Assembly (NCBI RefSeq): GCF_006345805.1 | Contig: NW_021826527.1 | Location: 1 to 12,727, forward strand | Direction of reading: 5' to 3' | Length of the DNA: 12,727 nt | From: Octopus sinensis | Lineage: Eukaryota | Shown: positions 1-8,159 of the stretch, piece after piece | How the letters are laid out: each line of letters starts with the position of its first letter | Position numbering within the stretch: the stretch's first letter is position 1 | Program-made: the position numbers and the translations under genes | The notes under the pieces: generated by a model | The model's input: only the letters and a program-made list of their open reading frames with translations | The model's database searches: none | What the model was told of the DNA's origin: nothing

Positions 1-81
1 ACTATTTGATAGCTATTCCATTTTTATCGAGCCCGAATGATGGAAAATAATTCGAACGTAAAAACTAACAAAATGCCACTG

Positions 82-83
<2 letters not shown>

Positions 84-119
<36 letters not shown>

Positions 120-210
120 TCTCTCTCTCTCTCTCTATCTATCTATCCTATCTATCTCTCTATCTATCTATCTATCTATCACTTTCTCTGTCTGTCTGTC
201 TCTCTCTTTA

Positions 211-244
<34 letters not shown>

Positions 245-258
245 ATATATATATATAT
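84..258. repeat. Compound (CT)n/(CTAT)n/(TA)n microsatellite
   Basis: Direct reading. It explains ORF 37..264 (SLSLSL...). Confidence 0.95.
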
Positions 259-432
259 AAATAATAAATATTAGGGAATAATCCAAATTTACAGGAAAAA
301 TCAGATTTAGGATAAATCCAGTTTTATAGTAAAATATTATAAAATATTATTAGAGACAAAACCACTATTTTTGCAAAACAAACAGGAAAGACTTAATCAA
401 TACATAAAATTTTAATAAATAGTCAAAAACCG

Positions 433-476
433 CCACTTACAATCGTTTCTTGTCTTGATCGACAATCTTCAGGTGG
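433..476 (-). ncRNA. Minimal type I hammerhead ribozyme (inverted copy, one extra A after the GUA)
   Basis: Minus strand reads CCAC CTGAAGA TTGTC gatcaa GACAA GAAAC gatt GTA a GTGG. Confidence 0.7.
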
Positions 477-528
477 ACTTCCAATAATTCAGTCATTATG
501 AAGTAATTTGACACTGAATTATGGAAGT

Positions 529-571
529 CCACCTGAAGATTGTCGATCAAGACAAGAAACGATTGTAGTGG
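529..571 (+). ncRNA. Minimal type I hammerhead ribozyme
   Basis: Stem I CCAC(529-532)/GTGG(568-571); core CTGAAGA(533-539); stem II TTGTC-gatcaa-GACAA(540-555); GAAAC(556-560); stem III loop GATT; GUA triplet 565-567, with predicted cleavage 3' of A567. Confidence 0.8.
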
Positions 572-816
572 CGGTTTTTTTGACTATTTATTAAAATTTA
601 TGTATTGATTAAGTCTTTCCTTGTTTGTTTTGCAAAATAGTTTTGTCTCTAATATTTTTATATATATATATATTATAGTCCTTTATACGTTAATTATTTT
701 CATGCTTCACCCTAAAGGCAGCCGTCAAGCTGGAGCACTGCCACTGTAATCACCCCCTTTAATGGCCAGTTCTATGTGATTGGCTTTGGTGAAGTGTGAG
801 TTCGACGCTGCTGCCC

Positions 817-909
<93 letters not shown>

Positions 910-950
910 CATGCACACACACACACATGGCATGCATCCCTACACACACA
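817..950. repeat. (TA)n then (CA)n microsatellite
   Basis: Direct reading. Confidence 0.95.
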
Positions 951-1782
951 CAAACACGCGCGCTTGTTTCAGGCCGAAAGTGTGACCATGCTGGGTCACC
1001 GCTACAATTATATTCATGGCTTGAGTATATTGTGGCTCCTCAGAGAAAGTAGTCTTTGAGACGCAGACTTCACTATGTTAATGAATTTCTATCGCCAGCA
1101 AAGCTCTTTAGTAATAGCGAAGTCTAGCATTTGAAGTGGCCGCTTGCATTTCCGTTGAGTGCTGCTCACATTTAAGGCGTGGGGGAGCTTCAGTTATTTT
1201 CATGATATTTACAATACTCCTTCATACTGCTTTCGGCTTTGAATGAGACTAGATCGATTCGATCACAATGGCGATGCTTTTCAACATCTCGTTTTGCAGA
1301 TTCTTGAATAATTTCTGATACGAAATCTTGTAGCAGGCAGAGACGCAATAGAATTTCGCTTGACTTCGACTTTGTGTTCAAGAGTGCTTGTGATATTGTA
1401 TAGGTTATTTAAGAATGTATTTTTCCAATAAATCATTTCATCTGTATTAGCAGATTGAATGATGTAGATTATTTCCGATATTACACAATTTCTTTCGTAC
1501 CACGGAAAAGATTACATAATTTTGCTTGGCTTTGTGAACTGAAAATTCTTCCTTTCACTCCCTGAAAAAAGGGGAGCCCCTATTCTTTGCCCATATCGTA
1601 AAACAAGACCCGCATCTGGCAATGGTGCCCTTGATAATATACAGTCAGCCTCGACCGATGAGGCCAATTATATAATATTGACGCAAATTATAAAATATTT
1701 TCCTTATATATACATATGGATGTTGTTAGGTGAAATGATGTAGATATTCGATAGTTCTTGTTGTAGTCGTAACATACACATA

Positions 1783-1935
1783 TATACATACATACATGCA
1801 TACACACATACATACATACAAACATACATACATACATACATACATACATACATACATACATACATACATAAATACATAAATACATACATACATACATACA
1901 TACATACATACATACTTGCATACATACAATCATAC
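1783..1935. repeat. (TACA)n tetranucleotide microsatellite
   Basis: Direct reading. It explains the MYVC-repeat ORFs. Confidence 0.95.
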
Positions 1936-1978
1936 GTACAAAATCCCACGTGGAAAAACGCTGACAAAAGTAGTGTGC

Positions 1979-2027
1979 ATATATATATACAAACTTATAT
2001 ACACATGTATATATATAAATATATTAA

Positions 2028-2058
<31 letters not shown>

Positions 2059-2150
2059 TTATTCATATACATATATATGTGTGCATATGTGTGTGTGTGT
2101 GCATACATATATGTATATATATATATATACATATACGTACATGTGTGTAT
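1979..2150. repeat. Degenerate (TA)n/(TG)n microsatellite
   Basis: Direct reading. Confidence 0.9.
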
Positions 2151-2544
2151 GACAACATGCATAGAAATTAGTATGTATATATTCAACACACACACTGACA
2201 CACAGTTGTACTGGCGCACAATACGCATTGCAGCATGCAAGAAAGATTTCGCTCAAAATGGATTTGTTTATATATCGCTACGTATAAAAGTGGATACGTA
2301 ATTGGATATATTATGTAATACAGGATAAATTTTCTTCTCACTTATAACGGAAATTATATTTATTATATAAGGTTTGTGTGTGTGTGTGTTGGTCTATGTG
2401 AGCGCGTTCCTATTCACGTGTTTCTATAAAGGCGCGCGAATTTTACACGTCGACATATACTTGGGCATATGTGCAAAACGTACTTTTGTATAAATGTTAG
2501 AAATATATGTCTACGTACGTAAGCATGTGTCTCTGCTTTGTGTT

Positions 2545-2591
2545 TATATATATGTATATAATATATGTTATATGTGTGTATATATTTATAT

Positions 2592-2639
<48 letters not shown>

Positions 2640-2804
2640 ATCGATAGCTGGATGCATATGGGCGTCTATATGTTCTGTATATGTACAAACAAATACACGC
2701 ACATATCTATGTGTCTCTAGAATATACCATTTTAAAGAAACATTCCTGTGAAGTTAATGTTCTTTTCCATTATTTCAATATCGCTTATACGTGCGTGTGT
2801 GTGA

Positions 2805-2838
<34 letters not shown>

Positions 2839-3027
2839 ATATTTGTTTTTATTCAAAATTATACTACCAAACAAATTTAAATGTAAGTGTTTAGCTAAGA
2901 AATATAAAGCTATTAATTTTCGAAAATCTTTCAAAAGTAATTCTCCAATATATTTTCGGATACAAGCAATATTATTATATATATATACATATATATGATA
3001 TATGCATTATATATATATATATATATA

Positions 3028-3070
<43 letters not shown>
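2545..3070. repeat. Cluster of simple repeats: (TA)n ~2545-2641, (TG)n ~2790-2838, (TA)n ~2970-3070
   Basis: Direct reading. Confidence 0.9.
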
Positions 3071-3071
<1 letters not shown>

Positions 3072-3530
3072 TTTATTTATTTATTGCATATACTACTTCA
3101 CATTTTATTTAGTGACGCAATTGGAGGCACTCTAGCGGCACACGAAGACTAGGCTTAGAATAAATGTGTTACTACTCTATACATAACACTACTTTTTTTC
3201 GCTTAATTGCAATTTATACCTGTATGATCGTATTATCATCTCTTTCAATCTCTCCTTCTCCCTCTCTCTCTCTCTCTTTCTCCCTCTTGTTATGTGCGTG
3301 TATATGTGCAAGGGGGGGTGAATTTATGTGTTTGTGTTTGTCTGTGTGTATGTGTGTGAGAGTGTTGTGTACAAAACGTTGTTTGAAGTTCAGCATTTGC
3401 AATTGCTTTACGTAAAATTTCATTAAATGTTTGTTCTGGCCAGCGATAGAGCTCTTTGTAAAATTCTTCGTTGTTAAATCGTATGAACAAACGCACACTA
3501 ACACGTATATATTAATAATGATAATAAATA

Positions 3531-3682
3531 ATATTCCTTTTCTTTTAGGCACAAGACCCAGCGCTTTACTGGTACTTTCTTTGTCAACCCCGCGAGTTAA
3601 AGGCAAAGTCGTCCTCGGCAGAACATTAACTCAGAACATAAAGACTGACGAAATGCCTCTAAGCATTTCGCTCTGCGTGCTA
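3531..3682 (-). mobile_element. tRNA-derived SINE family A, copy 1 (5'-truncated, internally deleted)
   Basis: Shares blocks AAAGGCAAAGTC..CCTCGGC, AACTCAGAAC.TAAAGAC, GACGAAAT, AAGCATTTCG and CGTGCTA with the copies at 3686, 3921, 4128 and 9321. Confidence 0.8.
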
Positions 3683-3685
3683 GAG

Positions 3686-3904
3686 ATTCCTTTCTTTTCT
3701 ACTCTAGGCACAAGGCCCAAATTTCTGGGGAAGGGGCCAGTCTATTAGATCGACCCCAGTATGCAACTGGTGCTTAATTTATCGACACCGAAAGGATGAC
3801 AGGCAAAGTTGACCTCGGCAGAACTTGAACTCAGAATATAGATTGACGAAATACCGCTAAGAATTTTGCCCGGCGTGCTAACGATTTTGCCAGCTCGCTG
3901 TCTT
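3686..3904 (-). mobile_element. tRNA-derived SINE family A, copy 2 (near full length)
   Basis: Minus strand: A-box-like TGGCAAAATCG, B-box-like GTTCAAGTT, then core GCCTGTCATCCTTTCGGTGTCGATAAATTAAGCACCAG (resembles the MetaSINE-type conserved core, from recall) and tail ...GGGCCTTGTGCCTAGAGTAGAAAAG. Confidence 0.85.
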
Positions 3905-3920
3905 AATACTAGTAATAATA

Positions 3921-4124
3921 ATATTCCTTTCTACTAAAGGCCCAAGGCCCGAAATGTTGAGGGGATGGGACTTGTCGATTATATTGACCCCGGTGTTTCA
4001 CTAGTACTTAAGTTATCGACCCCGAGAAGATGAAAGGCAAATTAAATCTCGATGGAATTTGAACTGAGAGAGTAAAGACAGGCGAAATACCGCCAAGCTT
4101 TTCGTGCAAATGATTCTGCCAGCT
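3921..4124 (-). mobile_element. tRNA-derived SINE family A, copy 3
   Basis: Colinear with copy 2. Minus-strand TGGCAGAATCA and GTTCAAATTCC boxes; core GCCTTTCATCTTCTCGGGGTCGATAAC. Confidence 0.85.
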
Positions 4125-4127
4125 GGA

Positions 4128-4300
4128 ATGGTTTCAAATTTTGATAGAAGGTCAAAAAGGTCGAAGGAGGGTGTAGGTCGATAACATCGACCCCGAAATG
4201 AGGTAAAGCAAAGTCGAACTCGACGGAGTTTGAACTGAGAATGTAAAGACGGACGAAATACCTGCTAACTGTCTGCTAGCGATTCTCCCATCACGCTGCC
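4128..4300 (-). mobile_element. tRNA-derived SINE family A, copy 4 (different 3' tail)
   Basis: Blocks ATCGACCCCGAAA, GCAAAGTCGA, TTTGAACTGAGAATGTAAAGACGGACGAAATAC and GCTAGCGATTCT are colinear with the other copies. Confidence 0.8.
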
Positions 4301-4310
4301 ACATAGATGA

Positions 4311-4315
4311 TGATG

Positions 4316-4378
<63 letters not shown>
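4311..4378. repeat. (AAT)n microsatellite, 5' flank of the R4/Dong element
   Basis: Direct reading. Confidence 0.95.
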
Positions 4379-5607
4379 GCACGTAACAAGGTGTTAGCTA
4401 TAAATTCCTTAGCAGTTCCAGTTGTTACTTATAGCTACAATGTGTTGAACTGGAATATGAGTGAAGTAAAAAATATAGATAGAAAAATACGCAAGCTGCT
4501 GAGTTGTAATAGGATGCACCACCCAAAGCAGACGTAGATCGCCTTTACCTTCCCAGAGCCCAAGGAGGTCGAGGTCTGATCCAATTTGAACTAGCTTACA
4601 AAACAACCACAATTGGACTGGCCAAATATCTCGAAATATCGAATGACTGGATGCTAAAGCTCGTGGAAAATCACGAGAGACGAAAGAAGCTTCATACTAT
4701 CATCAAGGAAAGCAAAAAATTTGCTATTGATCTCGTGCAGGATACCCAAACTGAACAACCCGAGGGAAGTACGGCAACTATTGTTGCAAAGAAGGTGAAA
4801 ATGATGGCAATGAAGAATGCGCACGAGCAATTGGCTGATAGGTGGGAGGAGAAACCTCTGCACGGCAAATATGTGACCCGCAGCAAACAAGCTGATGTTG
4901 ACCAGAAGCAAACCCATCAGTGGCTGCGGAGCTCAGGGCTAAAAGCAGAGAGCGAAGGTTTCATCCTGGCTGCTCAAGACCAAAGCCTATTAACCCGGAA
5001 CTACCAGGCCAATGTGATGAAAAATGGAGCAGACCCAAAATGCCGATTCTGCAACGACATAATTGAAACAGTGGACCACCTAATCTCTGGATGTAAAGTC
5101 TTAGCACCAGTGGAGTATAAATTAAGACATGACAGAGTTGGTCAATATCTCCACTGGCTAATAAGTCGGCATTACAATATCAAAACTGCCGACAAGTGGT
5201 ATAATCACCACCCTGTGGCTGTAACTGAAGGAGAAAATGTAACCATTCTGTGGGACTTTCCAGTACATACAGACCGAACCATCAAGGCCAATAAACCAGA
5301 TATTGTTGTGAAAGACCAAAACAATAAAGTTTGCTTATTGATCAACATGAGCATCCCCTGTGATCATAATATCTCAGCGAAAGAGTTTGACAAGCTCAGA
5401 AAATATAAAGACCTACTCATTGAAATTGAGAAAATGTGGCACCTCAAGGCGGTTACAATACCAGTGATCGTAGGAGCACTAGGAATGATCAAGAAGGGAA
5501 CCGAAAATTATATGAGAATGATCCCTGGCTTACCATCCCTGCAAGAAGTGCAAAAGATTGTCTTAACTGGTACATCACACGTATTGAGAAGAGCATTGTC
5601 GATGTGA
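4379..5607 (+). pseudogene. Partial RT thumb-CCHC-RLE polyprotein, with a frameshift near 4526
   Basis: One frame from 4379 reads ...IDRKIRKLLSCNRMHHPK. A 1-nt loss then shifts to ADVDRLYLPRAQGGRGL (from 4528), in frame with ORF 4651..5607. Confidence 0.85.
4651..5607 (+). CDS. C-terminal 318 aa of the R4/Dong-like retrotransposon protein (zinc knuckle plus PD-(D/E)xK restriction-like endonuclease); not an independent gene
   Basis: Motifs KPLHGKY, AAQDQSLLTRNY, CRFC-x8-H-x4-C (from 5041), RHDRV, ILWDF, KPDIVV...LLINMS, KLRKYKDL, PVIVGALG. Confidence 0.85.
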   Translation: MLKLVENHERRKKLHTIIKESKKFAIDLVQDTQTEQPEGSTATIVAKKVKMMAMKNAHEQLADRWEEKPLHGKYVTRSKQADVDQKQTHQWLRSSGLKAESEGFILAAQDQSLLTRNYQANVMKNGADPKCRFCNDIIETVDHLISGCKVLAPVEYKLRHDRVGQYLHWLISRHYNIKTADKWYNHHPVAVTEGENVTILWDFPVHTDRTIKANKPDIVVKDQNNKVCLLINMSIPCDHNISAKEFDKLRKYKDLLIEIEKMWHLKAVTIPVIVGALGMIKKGTENYMRMIPGLPSLQEVQKIVLTGTSHVLRRALSM

Positions 5608-5783
5608 AAACTGTTGCTGCTCATGTATTTTAATTTAACTTAAAAAAAAAAATTTTTTTTAAATGAACGAACTACTGAGTTTGGTTTAATGGCCTACCAA
5701 TATACACTATGAGTTTCTTTGCCCTAGGAGTCGGGAAGACACTCGGCAAGAAATGGAAGAAACTTTGAAAGAAGAAAAAAAAA

Positions 5784-5784
<1 letters not shown>

Positions 5785-5825
<41 letters not shown>

Positions 5826-5909
5826 GTAATAATAATAACAACAACAACAACAACAACAACAATAACAACAGCAACAACAACAACAACAACAACTATAATA
5901 ATAATAAGG

Positions 5910-5971
<62 letters not shown>
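5785..5971. repeat. (AAT)n/(AAC)n microsatellite, 3' flank of the R4/Dong element
   Basis: Direct reading. Confidence 0.95.
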
Positions 5972-6052
5972 TATACGACAAACACTTCCACTAAGACCAC
6001 ACACACATCTCTCTATATCTTTTTCTCACACTAGCTATCTTTCTCTCCATAA

Positions 6053-6240
6053 ATACATATACATACATACGGTCATACATACATACACTCATACATATAT
6101 TAATTCATACATACGTACATACAAACATACATACATAGATTAATACATAAATACATACATACATACACACATACATACATACATACATACATACATACAT
6201 ACATACATACATACATACATACATACATACATACATACAT
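6053..6240. repeat. (ACAT)n microsatellite
   Basis: Direct reading. Confidence 0.95.
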
Positions 6241-6241
6241 G

Positions 6242-6479
6242 GAAGCGAGGCGAATATTGTCGCAGGACTCAATCACGAGAACGAGAGATGAATTTCTCTA
6301 TGGTTGCGGTTTGTCAGTGCTGCGCGACAATTCGCCACTTGCTAAGACGAATTTCGTGTTTCAGTATATGTGTAAAGGAAAAACTGAATAAAACACTCAC
6401 TTTTCTTCCAGGTAATTGACCATTTCAACAAATAACGTCTGTCATGTATCACTTGTGGCGATGATATTTGCCTCGCTTC
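6242..6479. mobile_element. Putative non-autonomous DNA element with 22-bp imperfect inverted termini (unclassified)
   Basis: 6242-6263 GAAGCGAGGCGAATATTGTCGC versus the reverse complement of 6458-6479 GAAGCGAGGCAAATATCATCGC: 19/22 identical. No clear TSD. Confidence 0.5.
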
Positions 6480-6716
6480 GACAAGCATTGAGTTTGTAAT
6501 ACACAATATATCTATGAAGTGAGGTTTCTTTCAGACAAAAATCTCAGCATCAATCATTCCGACCGTGTGTATACATTTAGTATGATACACTCATATCTGT
6601 TTTGGTACATTGCTGCTTCAATTGCTCTCACTTAAATGTGTGTATGTGTGTGTGTGCCTCTTTTTGTGCACGCGTGTACGTATGTACACGTTTATATGTG
6701 TGTGATTGTGCGTATA

Positions 6717-6759
<43 letters not shown>

Positions 6760-6820
6760 ATATATAGTATATATTATATATATATATATATATATAATAT
6801 ATATATAGATATATATATAC

Positions 6821-7031
6821 ATTCAAAATGTGACCGCGTGTGTACCGTTGGCGATTTTTTTCCTCTGTCTTCCCTTCTCTGGATTTTTTCCTTCTCCTAT
6901 GTTTCCGACGAAGAGCTCCGCTCGAAACGTTAAACCCTCCTTCTTTCCTTCTTTCTGAGCGTCCAATAATACTATACTTGTTCCACGTCTCGGGTTGTTG
7001 TGTTTTTTTGTGCTTTCTTGTTTGGATTAAC
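6821..7031 (+). mobile_element. PLE-type pLTR fragment embedded in (TA)n
   Basis: A ~210-bp pyrimidine-rich block with sharp (TA)n boundaries on both sides and a central hammerhead-like motif. Confidence 0.55.
6901..6935 (+). ncRNA. Minimal hammerhead ribozyme variant (U4C core, palindromic stem III)
   Basis: GTTT / CCGACGA-A / GAGC-tcc-GCTC / GAAACGT-T / AAAC. Stem I is GTTT:AAAC, stem II is GAGC:GCTC, and ACGT is self-complementary. Confidence 0.55.
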
Positions 7032-7126
7032 TATATATATATATATATATTATATATATATATATATATTATATATATGTATGTATGTATGTATGAATGT
7101 ATGTATGCACTATGTATGTATGTGGT

Positions 7127-7418
7127 GGAGGTGCAATGGTCCAGTGGTTAGGGCAGCGGACTCGCGGTCATAGGATCGCATTTTCGATTGTGACGAACCC
7201 TGCCTTACTCTTTCATCACAACTTTCTCTCACTCTTACTTCCTGTTTCCGTTGTGCCTGTAAGTCAAAGAGCCAGCCTTGTCGCACTGTGTCACGCTGAA
7301 TATGCCCCAGAACTGCGTTAAGGGTACACTTAACCTTAATTTCACGCGCAGGCTGTTCCGTTGATCGGATCGATGGGAACCCTCGTCGTCGTAACCGACG
7401 TATTGCCATCATCAACAA
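7127..7418 (+). mobile_element. tRNA-derived SINE family B (probably octopus OR-type), internally deleted, inserted in (TATG)n
   Basis: A-box TGGTCCAGTGG and partial B-box TTCGATT. Colinear with the reverse complement of 10631-10986 (CACAACTTTCTCTCACTCTTACTTCCTGTTTC; CAGGCTGTTCCGTTGAT). Confidence 0.85.
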
Positions 7419-7525
7419 TGTATGTATGTATGTATGTATGCATGTATGTATGTATAATAAAACACAATATGTACATGAAGGATTGCTTGTGTGTATTTAA
7501 ATAGATTTATGTATATCACTATAAG

Positions 7526-7581
<56 letters not shown>

Positions 7582-7601
7582 GTGTGTGCGTGTGTGTGTG
7601 T
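7419..7601. repeat. (TATG)n, (TA)n and (TG)n microsatellites
   Basis: Direct reading. Confidence 0.9.
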
Positions 7602-7740
7602 AGAAAACCAAATACATCATAATAGACACCTGGAGTGTACATACATACATTCATACAGACATACGTGTGCATGTGTGTGCGACTGCTTGCGTGTTTAGCT
7701 CTGCATAATATTACAACGTATCTGTTCAACGGTTGAGTGT

Positions 7741-8020
7741 CGATCAATCTCACTTAGTCTTACATTATTAAAGGTATTGCAGAGATGCCGAGAAGAAGAA
7801 TAACTGATTTCCTGGAGAGCAACAATCTCCTTAAACCTAACAACTACAGCAGAGACAGAAGCTTAGCACAGCTTGTGTGCAACATTAATGATATTTTAAA
7901 TGTTTTGAGTTATGCCAGATATTTTGTCTTTAGCAAAAATTTCGAATCTGTCCTCTGTAGAAATTCTTGGAAATTTTCACATTGTCATCTGGGAAAATCG
8001 ACCTCCTGGAACTCACTTGA
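7741..8020 (+). pseudogene. Decayed CR1/L2/Jockey-group LINE reverse transcriptase fragment (RT domains 1-3)
   Basis: RSISLSLTLLKVLQR [frameshift] RRRITDFLESNNLLKPNN..RS.LAQL...DILNVL..YFVFSKNFESV...GK...W parallels the consensus RPISLTS..KVFER.....FLE.NNLL...QHGFR..RS..TQL....YLDFSKAFD.V...GK...W. Confidence 0.7.
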
Positions 8021-8159
8021 GCCCAGTAAATATTAATGTTTGAGTTTTGCCTGCCATGGCACAGGGCACATATATGTGTGTATATGTATACACGTTTAAA
8101 GGCATAACAGCATGCACGTTTTTTGTAGGATGTTTTCTTGTTTTTTATTTTTTTTCAGA

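Larger units (their letters stand above)
341..659. repeat. Long inverted repeat (foldback) with ~150-bp arms, centred near 501
   Basis: The reverse complement of 341-493 aligns to 513-659 with only small indels and no substitutions by eye. Pairing extends inward (GTCA/TGAC, ATTA/TAAT) to a ~5-nt loop TGAAG at 499-503. Confidence 0.95.
261..660. mobile_element. Penelope-like element (PLE) pseudo-LTR relic: two inverted, truncated pLTR copies flanked by (TA)n
   Basis: The inverted arms each contain a minimal hammerhead and both read outward into (TA)n runs. The left arm has ~80 extra bp (261-340). Inverted pLTRs with minimal hammerheads are an established PLE hallmark. No RT or GIY-YIG ORF is present. 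Confidence 0.65.
4379..5785 (+). mobile_element. 5'-truncated non-LTR retrotransposon with restriction-like endonuclease, R4/Dong clade, including ~180-nt 3' UTR
   Basis: Begins abruptly in RT C-terminal coding sequence (ARNKVLAINSLAVPVVTYS...), continues through CCHC and RLE, and ends in an A-rich 3' end. (AAT)n flanks both sides, matching the TAA-repeat targeting known for Dong. Confidence 0.9.

Noticed and set aside
962-1003. CTTGTTTCAG...CCATGCTGGGTCACCGC resembling the end of another cephalopod SINE
   Set aside because: Only ~40 bp, recognised from recall, with no full second copy in the window to support it.
1036-1044. CTGAGGA on the minus strand (and CTGAAGA on minus at ~11522) as hammerhead cores
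   Set aside because: No properly placed stem II-GAAA-NUH-stem I arrangement. The second lies inside a MITE TIR.
2400-2455. CpG-rich patch with CACGTG and TATAAA as a possible promoter
   Set aside because: Short motifs only, with no downstream gene evidence.
37-3415. Many 60-110 aa ORFs (YIYI, MYVC, SLSL, CVCV)
   Set aside because: These are translations of microsatellites that lack stops in some frames. The same applies to the ORFs at 5672-6034, 6602-7151, 7412-7753, 8145-8528 and 12494-12691.
3695-3720. SINE A tail (TGCCTAGAGTAG on minus) resembling the R4/Dong 3' UTR (TGCCCTAGGAGTCG)
   Set aside because: The match is short and gapped, and the two elements sit in opposite orientation relative to the TAA repeat, so a SINE/LINE partnership is not supported.
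3531-4300. Repeated blocks that could suggest a CRISPR array or tRNA cluster
   Set aside because: Units are 150-220 bp diverged SINEs with no identical repeat/unique spacer pattern and no complete cloverleaf; the context is eukaryotic.
4654-4917. Antisense and alternative-frame ORFs over the retrotransposon (also 4409-4612, 4692-4886, 5436-5633)
   Set aside because: Shadow ORFs of the RLE coding region.
7127-7190. tRNA gene (also 10915-10986)
   Set aside because: A/B boxes continue into a shared ~250-bp body and simple-repeat tail, so these are SINE heads, not tRNAs.
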